In this document: piece after piece, positions 36,303 to 44,930 of the stretch
Numbering within the stretch: the stretch's first letter is position 1
How the letters are laid out: each line of letters opens with the position of its first letter
DNA from: an uncultured Klebsiella sp.
GTDB taxonomy: Bacteria; Verrucomicrobiota; Verrucomicrobiia; Limisphaerales; SXTU01
Length of the DNA stretch: 64,000 bases
Direction of reading: 5' to 3'
Assembly (NCBI GenBank): GCA_964591495.1
Contig: CAZQEW010000002.1
Span: 37-64,036 of the forward strand
Position numbers and translations under genes: made by a program
The notes under the pieces: generated by a model
The model's database searches: none
Told to the model about the DNA's origin: nothing
What the model saw: the letters and a program-made list of their open reading frames with translations, nothing else

Positions 36303-37832
36303 CTACGGCGTGTATTTCTTTTTCGCGTCGTAGTTCTGGCCACCGACGGGCGGTGGCGGACTGGGCGGCGGGACGATGCCGTTGGCTAGCATTACCTTCT
36401 CCACGGCGGAAATGGTCTCGGCGATGGGCTTGAAATTGCCGGGGCGAAAACCTTGCGCGATGAGCAACGGCGTCCAGCCGGATTTGTTCTTCGCGTTCCA
36501 AACCGAAATCTTCGCGCCCTTCGCGGCGAGCAACTCCACCATCTTGGGCAGCCCCTTGTATGCTGCGCCGTGCATCGCCGTCTCGCCGTTGGCGTCCACG
36601 GTGTTCACATCTGCCCCGAGTTTGAGCAGATACTCGACAGCTTCGAGGCATTCGGGTTCGGTGCCGGCCTCTTCCGTCGGCGCATGGCAGCCGAGACCCG
36701 CAGCGGCCATCAGCGGCGTGGCTCCGTCCTTGTTTGGCAGAAGCGGGTCCGCGCCCAACTCGACGAGCAGCTTCATCAGCGGCAAGTCCGCCGTCTTCGA
36801 CGCGAACAGGAAGGGCGTCGCGCCGACGGAGCTGAGTTTGCCGCCGCCGGAAACGCGCCGTGCGAGTCGCGCGTTCACGTCCGCACCGTGCTTCACCAGC
36901 GCGCGGACGAACTGGTCCCACGTCACGTTGCCTGAGCCGTCGGGCGGCGGCTGGCCGTCATCGCCGTCGCCGCGATTCGGTTTGCGGACGTGTGTGAGCA
37001 GGTGCAATGGCGTAAGGCCGGAGCGCTGGTCGTTCGGGTTCGCGCCGGCTTTGAGCAACTCGACGGCGAGTTCGTAATGCGCGTTCTCGACCGCGAGCAA
37101 CAGCGCGCTCGTGCCGTTCGATGCCATCCGCCCGCCGCCCTTCTCGGTCTCGACGGGATGGTCCACAGCCACGCCCGCCTTGAGCAACGCGCGCACGGCG
37201 GCGATGCGCCCCTCGCGCGCGGCGAAGTGCAGCGGAGTGAGGCCGGACTTCACGCGCGCCAGCTTGTCCGCGCCGGCTTTGAGCAGCAGTTCGACTACCT
37301 CCGCGTAGCCCTCGGCGGCGGCCCACATGAGCGGCGTCTGGCCCTTGCGGTCGGCGGCGTCCACCTTCGCGCCGCGCGCGAGTAACGCCCGCACCGGCCC
37401 CGGCCGCCCTGTGCGCGCGGCGGTGTGCAGGACCGACTCGCCCCCGCGCAACGTCGTGTTCGCATCCGCCCCGGCCCCGAGCAGCGCGGTGACGATGACC
37501 TCGTCGCCGTTCACGCACGCCAGCGCGAGCGGCGGGACGCCGAAGTGATTCGTGGCCTTCGCATCCGCGCCCGCAGCGAGGAGAAGTTTTACAGTCGCCG
37601 CATCGTTGTGATGCGCGGCCCAATGCAGCGCCGTGGTGCCGTCGGCTTGGGGGGAACGCACGAGTGATTTGTCCACCAGCAGTCGTTGAACACGCGGCCA
37701 ATCAGCCTTTTCTGCGGCGTTGGCGAGCGGTGACAAAGCTGTTGAGGCCGCGTGCGCTGGCGAGAACAACCCGCCAAGCACAATGACTCCGAGTAGGAAA
37801 CAATGGACATTTCTGAGCAGCCTACCGCTCAT
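36303..37832 (-). CDS. secreted ankyrin-repeat protein
   Basis: Signal peptide MSGRLLRNVHCFLLGVIVLGGLFSPAHA. At least 10 ANK units (G.TALHWAA..N...VKLLLAAGAD...). The track ORF extends to the ATG at 37901. Confidence 0.85.
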   Translation of the reverse strand: MSGRLLRNVHCFLLGVIVLGGLFSPAHAASTALSPLANAAEKADWPRVQRLLVDKSLVRSPQADGTTALHWAAHHNDAATVKLLLAAGADAKATNHFGVPPLALACVNGDEVIVTALLGAGADANTTLRGGESVLHTAARTGRPGPVRALLARGAKVDAADRKGQTPLMWAAAEGYAEVVELLLKAGADKLARVKSGLTPLHFAAREGRIAAVRALLKAGVAVDHPVETEKGGGRMASNGTSALLLAVENAHYELAVELLKAGANPNDQRSGLTPLHLLTHVRKPNRGDGDDGQPPPDGSGNVTWDQFVRALVKHGADVNARLARRVSGGGKLSSVGATPFLFASKTADLPLMKLLVELGADPLLPNKDGATPLMAAAGLGCHAPTEEAGTEPECLEAVEYLLKLGADVNTVDANGETAMHGAAYKGLPKMVELLAAKGAKISVWNAKNKSGWTPLLIAQGFRPGNFKPIAETISAVEKVMLANGIVPPPSPPPPVGGQNYDAKKKYTP

Positions 37833-37897
37833 CGTAACCCTGAATCCACCGAGTTGGGGTGGAACACCGCAAGGCGCTCGCATTGAATCGCTAACGC

Positions 37898-38539
37898 TCA
37901 TGGTTCGAGTGGGATCTTGCGGCTTAGGTTCGGATCCGCAGTCGGCTTGAACACGTAGTGTTGAACCTTGTTATCTCGATCCTCCTTCATGTGCAGTAAG
38001 TAGAGGTTGGGATCGTTAACGAGCTTGATGGTGTGGCAGTTGAGAAGCCCGATAATCTTGTCACGCCAGCTCCTGATGTTGCGCTCGTAGTAGCCGTAAT
38101 CAACCTGCGATCCGTAGGGGTTTCCTGCGTGTATGATGGCTCCACACTTTTCGTAAAGCTTCAGAAACTCAACTCGAGTCAGAAACCCGTCCCGCTTTTC
38201 TGCCAACTCCGCTTGAACACGAGGCTTGCCAGCAGGCAGTTCCGCTATCGGGTGTGGGTAAAAGCCAGGGTTGATGCGTTCAATATCTCTCAAAAGATAG
38301 TGCGCGTTCCAGCACTTGGCGAAATCTGCATAAACCTTCGAGAATTCCCTTCTGTTAGCAACCAAAGACCCAAATGCGATTAGTTCGAGAATCTTCCGAA
38401 ACTGCAAATAAACACATTCAATGGTGGTCGCTCTGAATGGTGTCCCAGCTTTGTCAGAGCCAAAAGCACTTATGACAGCCGTCCGGTGCTTAATCTCCTG
38501 CATCAAGTTACAGTATTTGACGATGCCTGATTCTTCCAT
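37898..38539 (-). CDS. hypothetical protein, low-GC ORFan (213 aa)
   Basis: Uninterrupted ORF with an ATG start. No TM segment or signal peptide. Composition is markedly AT-richer than the neighbours. No family recognised. Confidence 0.6.
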   Translation of the reverse strand: MEESGIVKYCNLMQEIKHRTAVISAFGSDKAGTPFRATTIECVYLQFRKILELIAFGSLVANRREFSKVYADFAKCWNAHYLLRDIERINPGFYPHPIAELPAGKPRVQAELAEKRDGFLTRVEFLKLYEKCGAIIHAGNPYGSQVDYGYYERNIRSWRDKIIGLLNCHTIKLVNDPNLYLLHMKEDRDNKVQHYVFKPTADPNLSRKIPLEP

Positions 38540-38557
38540 AAATCGAGCGAGCGCTGG

Positions 38558-39907
38558 TCAAATCCCCAGCGGTCGGAACAGCCCGTCCAGCTTTCCGTCG
38601 CTGTCGGCGAACTTGTCGATGCGGACGCCGGCCTTGTCGAGAAGGGCGAGGTGGAGGTTCGCGAGCGGAGTCGGCTTTGCATGGCGGAAGTGGCGGCCGC
38701 CTTTCATCACGCCGCCCGCGCCGCCGGCGACGATGATGGGCAGGTTGATGTGGTCGTGCTGGTTCGGGTTGCCCATGCCGCTGCCGTAGAGGTAGAGCGA
38801 GTGGTCGAGCAGCGTGCCGTTGCCTTCCTTCGTCGCGGCGAGCTTGCCGAGGAACTCCGCGAAGAGGGAGACGTGGAACTGATTTATCTTCGCCATGCGC
38901 GCGACTTTCTCGGGGTCGTTGCCGTGGTGCGAAAGCGGGTGGTGCGGGTCGGAGACGCCGGTCTCGGGGTAAGTGCGGTTGCTGGTCTCGCGCGCGAGCT
39001 GGAAGGTGATGACGCGCGTGACATCGCCCTGCATCGCGAGCACCTGCAAATCAAACATCAGCCGCGCGTGGTCGGCGTAACTCGCGGGCACGCCAATGGG
39101 GCGGTCGAGGTCGCGCAAGGGATTCTCCGCGAAGCCGGCCTCGGCGCGCTGGATGCGGCGCTCCACCTCGCGGACGGTTTCAAGGTAGTGGCTGACCTTC
39201 GCACGGTCGGCGGGGCCAAGAGCGCGTTCGAGACGGGCGAGGTCGTCCTTCACGAAGTCCAGCAGGCTGGCGCGTTTGCGGAGCGCGGCGCGGCGCTCGG
39301 CCTTCGTGCCGCCTTCGCCGAAGAGCTGCTCGAAGACCATTCGCGGGTGCGCCTCGGCGGGCAGCGGCGTGGTGGGCGAGGACCACGAGAGGTTGTTCTG
39401 ATAGACGCAGGCGTAGCCGTTGTCGCACTGGCCGACGGTTTGCATCATGTCCATCGCCATTTCGAGCGAGGGCAGTTGCGTCTCGCGGCCGAGCTGCTGG
39501 GCGGCGAGCTGGTCGGCGGTGGTGCCGAGGTAATAGTCCGTGCTTTCCGTGTGCTTGGCCTTCGCGCAGCTCAGGAAAGAGGAGTTCGAGGTCGCGTGCG
39601 TGCCGGGATAGGCGTTTCGGATTTCGAGATTGGAGACGACGTTGATGTGCTGCTTCACCGGCGCGAGCGAGCTGAGAATGGGCGACAGCTCGTCGAGCTT
39701 CTCACCGCCCGGCGGCGTCCAGCGCGTGATGTCCGCACCCATCGGCATGAAGACGTAGCCGAGCCGGCGCACGGGTGTGGCGGCGGTCTTCGCGGCGGCG
39801 GTGGCGGCGGGGACCATCGCGTCGAGCAGCGGCAGGGCGAGCGTGGCGCCGACGCCGCGCAGGAAAGTGCGGCGCGGGAGGAAACGACGAGTGGTGAAGG
39901 TGCTCAT
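38558..39907 (-). CDS. DUF1552 domain protein (Tat signal)
   Basis: RRFLPRRTFLRGVGATLALPLLDAM leader and the HHPLSHHGN motif. 4-nt overlap with the upstream DUF1592 gene. Confidence 0.9.
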   Translation of the reverse strand: MSTFTTRRFLPRRTFLRGVGATLALPLLDAMVPAATAAAKTAATPVRRLGYVFMPMGADITRWTPPGGEKLDELSPILSSLAPVKQHINVVSNLEIRNAYPGTHATSNSSFLSCAKAKHTESTDYYLGTTADQLAAQQLGRETQLPSLEMAMDMMQTVGQCDNGYACVYQNNLSWSSPTTPLPAEAHPRMVFEQLFGEGGTKAERRAALRKRASLLDFVKDDLARLERALGPADRAKVSHYLETVREVERRIQRAEAGFAENPLRDLDRPIGVPASYADHARLMFDLQVLAMQGDVTRVITFQLARETSNRTYPETGVSDPHHPLSHHGNDPEKVARMAKINQFHVSLFAEFLGKLAATKEGNGTLLDHSLYLYGSGMGNPNQHDHINLPIIVAGGAGGVMKGGRHFRHAKPTPLANLHLALLDKAGVRIDKFADSDGKLDGLFRPLGI

Positions 39908-42237
39908 GGGGTTTGCCTCATGTTGAAGGGGGCGCTTTTGACGATGCCAAGGACGATAGCAGAGAAACGGTGGTTGTCAGCCTTCGCCTCGCGCACCACT
40001 TGCCGCACGGCTGGCGCATCGAACGGCTCCACGCCGCGACCCAGCGCGAAGGTCAGCAGCTTCTCGGTCAACGCGGTGGTGAACAGCTCGGGGTGGTTCA
40101 GCAACGCGCGCTCCAGCCCGGCGACGCCCGTGAACTGGCTGCCGTCGGGGAAGCCGCCGGTTGCGACCACGGCCCGGCCTTCCTCCAGTGTGCGCCAGCG
40201 GCCCACGGCGTCGAAGTTCTCCAGCGCGAAGCCGACCGGGTCCATCAGGTCGTGGCAGCTTGCGCACGCGGCGTTCGCGCGGTGCGCGGCGAGGCGCTCG
40301 CGGACGGGGAGATTTGCGGCGACTGAATTCTCATCGAGAGAGGGCACGTTCGGCGGCGGCGGTGGTGGCGGCGTGCCGAGCAACGTGCCCAGCACCCAGT
40401 TGCCCCGCAGCACCGGCGACGTGCGCGTGGCGTAGCTCGTGACCGTGAGCACGCTTGCGTGTCGCAGCAACCCGCCGCGCGGCGTCTCCGGCCCGAGTGC
40501 AACGCGCCGGAAGCGTTCGCCGAAGATGTGCGGGATGCCGTAGTGCTTCGCGAGCCGCTCGTTCAGGAACGTGTGGTCCGCGCGGAGCAGGTCGAGCACG
40601 CTGCGGTCTTCGCGCACGATTTCCTCGAAGAGCAGCTCCGTCTCGCGGCGCATCGCCTGGCGCAGGTTGTCATCAAAGTCAGGGAACAAACGGCCGTCCG
40701 GCGTGATGGAGTCGAGGTTGCGGAGGTGAAGCCACTGGCTGGCGAAGTTGCGAACGAGCGATTGTGCGCGCGGGTCGGCGAGCATCCGCCGCGTCTGTTG
40801 CGCGAGCACGCCGGGCTGGCTGAGTTGGCCGCGCGCCGCTGCGTCGAGCAACTCATCGTCGGGGATGCTGCTCCACAGGAAGAACGACAGGCGCGACGCG
40901 AGTTCCACGTCGCTCACGCGATACGCCGACTTCGCCACGAGGCCCGCCGGCTCCTGCTCGACGCGGAAGAGAAACTCCCGGCTGACCAGCACGGCGGTCA
41001 ACGCGGCTTCGATGCCCGCGTCAAAGCTGCTTTCCGCCCGCGCCTCGCGGAACACTTTCAGCAGCCGCGCGACATCCGCGTCGTTCACCGGCCGCCGATA
41101 CGCGCGGCGCATCAGCGTGGAAAGGATTTGCTTCGCGCACGCCTCCTCTTCACCCGGCGACTTCGGCTGCGCGACGAAAATTCGCCGCCGGCTCGGCGTG
41201 TCGCCCGGTCCCTTCGCCCCGAACGGCCCAGTGACGGACAACTGATACAGCGCGGGCGATTGGCGCGGGTGGCGGTGGAAGTTGAAGCTGACGTGGTAGG
41301 GCTGGCGTGCGGTTTCGAGCAGCGAGGAAGATTGCTTGAGGAAGGTTACGCCGACCTCGTGCGGGCCGGCCTTCACCGGGAGCCGGACGGAGAGGCCGGT
41401 GTCCACGTCGTTGTGGCCTTTGCCGGGCGGCGGCGGGCGCACGGTGAACGTGTGGGCCTGCACGCCGTCGAGCAGCACGAGAATCTGGTGCGGCTCGCGC
41501 AACCCCTCGACAAGGTCGTTGCGGTCGCGCGTGAGGCGGAGTTGGAATTCGTATTCGCCATCCTGCGGGAACGTGTGGCGAAACACCGCGCCGCCGCGCG
41601 TGCCGAACGGCAAGCCCTCGACGCGTTCTTCCTGCGTAATGTCGGGCTTCACGCGATACGTGTCGCCGCCGGGACGCTGCGCACCACCGACCGCGAGCCG
41701 AGCGATGCGCTGCGCCGCCGTGAGGTAGCGGTCCAGCAGCATGGGCGAGAGCGTGCCGACGGTGATGTTGTCGAAGCCGTGGCTCGCCTCGTCCGCCGGC
41801 AGCAGCGCCGCCGCGTCCACCTCGAGCGCGAGCAGGTCACGGATGGCGTTTTGATACTCGGTGCGGTTCAGCCGCCGCACGGTGTCGGTGCGCCCGGGAG
41901 TTGGCTTCGCCGCCGCCGCGCGGTCGAGCGGTTGCTCCAACGCGGCGATGACAACATCGAACGTCTTCTCGTCCGGGCGCGGCTTGCCGATGGGCGGCAT
42001 GTGGCGCGCGCGCAGCTTGCGGATGACTTTCTCCCAGTCACTGGAATGCTGGGTAACGTCCTGGAGCAGCATCGCTTCCAAGTTGAGCCCGCCCTTGGAC
42101 ACATCCGGGCCATGACAGTCGATGCAGTAACGGCTGACCAATGCCTGCGCTTGCGCGACTGGCTGCGCCCCAGCCCGACCGCCCCCCAGACACGGCAGGA
42201 CTGCTACAAGCCAGAGAGACAGGAGGCGCATGCCCAT
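39904..42237 (-). CDS. cytochrome-c-containing DUF1587/DUF1592/DUF1595/DUF1588/DUF1585 family protein
   Basis: N-terminal CIDCHGPD heme motif, later NERLAKHYGI and ACASCHDLMDPVGFALENFDAVGRWR blocks. The usual partner of DUF1552. Confidence 0.9.
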   Translation of the reverse strand: MGMRLLSLWLVAVLPCLGGGRAGAQPVAQAQALVSRYCIDCHGPDVSKGGLNLEAMLLQDVTQHSSDWEKVIRKLRARHMPPIGKPRPDEKTFDVVIAALEQPLDRAAAAKPTPGRTDTVRRLNRTEYQNAIRDLLALEVDAAALLPADEASHGFDNITVGTLSPMLLDRYLTAAQRIARLAVGGAQRPGGDTYRVKPDITQEERVEGLPFGTRGGAVFRHTFPQDGEYEFQLRLTRDRNDLVEGLREPHQILVLLDGVQAHTFTVRPPPPGKGHNDVDTGLSVRLPVKAGPHEVGVTFLKQSSSLLETARQPYHVSFNFHRHPRQSPALYQLSVTGPFGAKGPGDTPSRRRIFVAQPKSPGEEEACAKQILSTLMRRAYRRPVNDADVARLLKVFREARAESSFDAGIEAALTAVLVSREFLFRVEQEPAGLVAKSAYRVSDVELASRLSFFLWSSIPDDELLDAAARGQLSQPGVLAQQTRRMLADPRAQSLVRNFASQWLHLRNLDSITPDGRLFPDFDDNLRQAMRRETELLFEEIVREDRSVLDLLRADHTFLNERLAKHYGIPHIFGERFRRVALGPETPRGGLLRHASVLTVTSYATRTSPVLRGNWVLGTLLGTPPPPPPPNVPSLDENSVAANLPVRERLAAHRANAACASCHDLMDPVGFALENFDAVGRWRTLEEGRAVVATGGFPDGSQFTGVAGLERALLNHPELFTTALTEKLLTFALGRGVEPFDAPAVRQVVREAKADNHRFSAIVLGIVKSAPFNMRQTP

Positions 42238-42342
42238 TTGCTAGCAACTCGCCGAGCGTCTGGCAAACCGTCCGTCCAGATCGCCGCGTGGCGTGAAACT
42301 TTCTTGGGACTCTTTCCGTCCAGAGAGCGTCGCAAATCGAAT

Positions 42343-43086
42343 ATGATGCCCCCGCCAAGCTTTGACCTCGGGAAGCAACAGTGCCTGCTGTTGGCGGTGC
42401 TGTTGGTGACCGGCTTTCCCAGTCTCGGGGCTAGCAAGGTCCGATCGGAGAAGCCAACCAAGGTTGACGAGGGATTCAAACCGTTCGCCATCATCTCGGA
42501 GCGCAATGTGTTTAATGCAAACCGCCAGGGCGATGCGGCCGCGGCCCCCGTGGTCCCCACCCCCAAGCCCGCCCGCCCGCCCAAAGTCGAGGCGTTCGCC
42601 CTCCTTGGCACACTGATTTCCGAACGCGGTTCCGTCGCCTTCTTCGATGGCACCAGCACGGCTTACCGCCGCGCAGCCGAGCCGGGTGACCAGCTCGGCA
42701 GCCACACTGTCGCCGCCATCGAGCATGACCGCGTGACGCTCCGTGATGGCGAACGTGAGCTGTGCCTGCCGCTGAAGATGCAGTTCCGCCGCGAGGGAGA
42801 AGGCGAATGGCTACTCGCCGCGTTGCCCGATGATTTCCAGCCCACGGCCCCGCCGCCCGGCCAAGTCTTCGCGCACCGCAAGCCCGACCCGCGCTCCCTC
42901 ACACCCGCGCAGATCCGTGATTACGTGATGAACAAGAACGAGCGCAAACTGGCCCAACTCGCCGAAAACCCTGAAAAGGCTGAGAAACTGTTGCGCGCCC
43001 TGGACAAGGAAATTGAGGGCCGCGTCCGCAAGCTCGACAAGGATTTGACCAAGGCGGAGCGCAAGCTCCAACAGTCGGCACCGTAA
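42343..43086 (+). CDS. secreted hypothetical protein with GspC/PilP-like beta domain and coiled-coil tail
   Basis: Hydrophobic leader QQCLLLAVLLVTGFPSLGA. FALLGTLISERGSVAFFDG....GDQLGSHTVAAIEHDRVTLRDG resembles the GspC HR/PilP fold pattern. Lys/Glu-rich C terminus. Only the 3' 247 codons of the 875-aa track ORF are used. Confidence 0.5.
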   Translation: MMPPPSFDLGKQQCLLLAVLLVTGFPSLGASKVRSEKPTKVDEGFKPFAIISERNVFNANRQGDAAAAPVVPTPKPARPPKVEAFALLGTLISERGSVAFFDGTSTAYRRAAEPGDQLGSHTVAAIEHDRVTLRDGERELCLPLKMQFRREGEGEWLLAALPDDFQPTAPPPGQVFAHRKPDPRSLTPAQIRDYVMNKNERKLAQLAENPEKAEKLLRALDKEIEGRVRKLDKDLTKAERKLQQSAP

Positions 43087-43113
43087 GTCCGCGGAGGAGA
43101 ATCTTCTGCCCCT

Positions 43114-44919
43114 TCAAGGCTTCAAGGTTAGGGTGACCTGCCGCACATCCATCACGCTCGCGCCGGGGATTTCGAGTGCACGCAAGGTGAGTTGTCCCCT
43201 GCCCTTTTCCAGCTTCATGGTGCCGAGATTCAACGGGCGAAACTCCTTCATCTGCGATTCGGCCGGCGGGCGGGCGATGGTGTCCTGATTCGTGTAAAGC
43301 GGCGGGTTCCACACGGCGGGGACTTCGCCGGTGAGCTTGCTGGTATTGTGGCTCAACTCGACGGTCGCACCTGCGGCGGCGGCGGTGTGCTGGATGACGA
43401 CTTCGTAGTTCCCCGCCGTGGCGACTTCCACGTCCCAGGTGATTCTGTCGTCGGTCGTCTTCCAGTTCACGAAGTAGGAGCAGTTCGGCGCGTTGGCGCT
43501 GCGCTTGATGCCGCCGTGGGCGATGCCATCGCGAGCGGGGAGCGGCGTGATGGGGAACTTCGCTCCGCCTGCGCCGACGGGATACGGCCGGTCGTCGGGC
43601 GGGAGACCGCCGCCCTTGCCTTTGCCCTTCGCGTTGGGTGCGGGCGCGTCGGTTCGGCCCAGCACGTCGCGCCGCCAATCGGTCACGGCCTTGGCGAACT
43701 GCGCGGCGACTTCTGGTTTCTCGGCGGCAATGTTTTTCGTCTGGCCGGGGTCCGCGACCATGTCGAACAGTTCGCCGGCGTTGCTGAAGCGGTATTGCTG
43801 CGAACGGGCGCTGACATTACCGTTCTGGTGCGAGAAGAGGGTGCGGTCGGGCCACTGCACTTTGGCGCCGCGCAAAATCGGTGAGAGATCCAAGCCATCA
43901 AGCGGCTTGTCGCCGACTCGTTTCACGCCCGCTAGCCCCGTGAGCGTGGGCAGCAGGTCAATCGCGCCGGCGATTTGCGTGTCCGTGGTGCCCGCCTTGA
44001 TTTGGCCGGGCCAGCGGATAAAGAACGTCGAGCGCACGCCGCCCTCGTCGGTTGAGCCTTTGCGGCCTTTCATGCCGCCGTTCCAGCGGAAGCTGTTCGG
44101 GCCGTTGTCGGAGAAGTAGAGCACGATGGTGTTGTCCGCGAGCTTGAGTTCATCGAGGCGTTTCAGCACGCGGCCCACGTTCCAGTCGAGGTTCTCCATC
44201 ATCGCGAGCGCGCAGCGGGTGTGGTCGAGCTCCTCCGGGTCGCCGGGCTTGGCCTTCATGCCGATGGGTTGGTCTTTGAAGCGCTGCCAATACTCCTGCG
44301 GCACGGCCCACGGCGAGTGCGGCGTGTTGTAAGGCACGTAGCAGAAGAACGGCTTCGCCTGGTTCTTCTCGATGAACTCGATGGCGTGGCTGGTCAGGTC
44401 GTCGGCAATGAAGCCCTTGGCGCGAACCGTCTTTCCGTTGTGCTCCAGCGGCGGGTCGAAGTATTCGCCCCAGTGGCCGGAGGTGAACCCGTAGTATTCG
44501 TCGAAGCCGCGCGCGTTCGGGTGATACGGCCATTGCGAGCCGTTGTGCCATTTGCCGAACGCGCCGGTCGCGTAGCCGGCGGCCTTGAAGGCATCGGCGA
44601 TGGTGCGCTCGTCCACGTTCAAGCGCTCCTGTCCGGTCGAGACACCGCGCACGCCGCCGCGTGGATGGTAGCGGCCGGTAAGCATCTCGGCGCGCGTGGG
44701 CGCGCAGACGGAGCAGACGTAAAATCGGTCGAGCGTGGCCCCAGCGCGCGCGAGCGAGTCAATGTTCGGCGTGCGCAGGTTGGTGTTGCCGTTGACGGAG
44801 TAATCGCCCCAACCGGAATCGTCCGCGAGGAAGATTAGGATGTTCGGATGGGGTGCGGCGGCAGAGCGTGCCACGATGCTGAGCAACAGTCCGAGAGCCA
44901 AGGCGCAGATTTGTTTCAT
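43114..44919 (-). CDS. arylsulfatase-family sulfatase with C-terminal beta-sandwich domain
   Basis: Signal peptide; NILIFLADDSGWGD; formylglycine motif CAPTRAEMLTGR. Confidence 0.92.
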   Translation of the reverse strand: MKQICALALGLLLSIVARSAAAPHPNILIFLADDSGWGDYSVNGNTNLRTPNIDSLARAGATLDRFYVCSVCAPTRAEMLTGRYHPRGGVRGVSTGQERLNVDERTIADAFKAAGYATGAFGKWHNGSQWPYHPNARGFDEYYGFTSGHWGEYFDPPLEHNGKTVRAKGFIADDLTSHAIEFIEKNQAKPFFCYVPYNTPHSPWAVPQEYWQRFKDQPIGMKAKPGDPEELDHTRCALAMMENLDWNVGRVLKRLDELKLADNTIVLYFSDNGPNSFRWNGGMKGRKGSTDEGGVRSTFFIRWPGQIKAGTTDTQIAGAIDLLPTLTGLAGVKRVGDKPLDGLDLSPILRGAKVQWPDRTLFSHQNGNVSARSQQYRFSNAGELFDMVADPGQTKNIAAEKPEVAAQFAKAVTDWRRDVLGRTDAPAPNAKGKGKGGGLPPDDRPYPVGAGGAKFPITPLPARDGIAHGGIKRSANAPNCSYFVNWKTTDDRITWDVEVATAGNYEVVIQHTAAAAGATVELSHNTSKLTGEVPAVWNPPLYTNQDTIARPPAESQMKEFRPLNLGTMKLEKGRGQLTLRALEIPGASVMDVRQVTLTLKP

Positions 44920-44930
44920 GGGATTGGAAT

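Noticed and set aside
37840-38560. Target-site duplication or direct repeats flanking the low-GC ORFan
   Set aside because: There is only a weak, gapped resemblance (aatcgctaacgctca versus aatcgagcgagcgctggtca). This is not convincing evidence of an insertion footprint.
40459-42342. 5' part of the 875-aa plus-strand ORF
   Set aside because: It is antisense to the DUF1592-family gene. Only the segment from the ATG at 42343, which begins with a hydrophobic leader, is retained as a gene.
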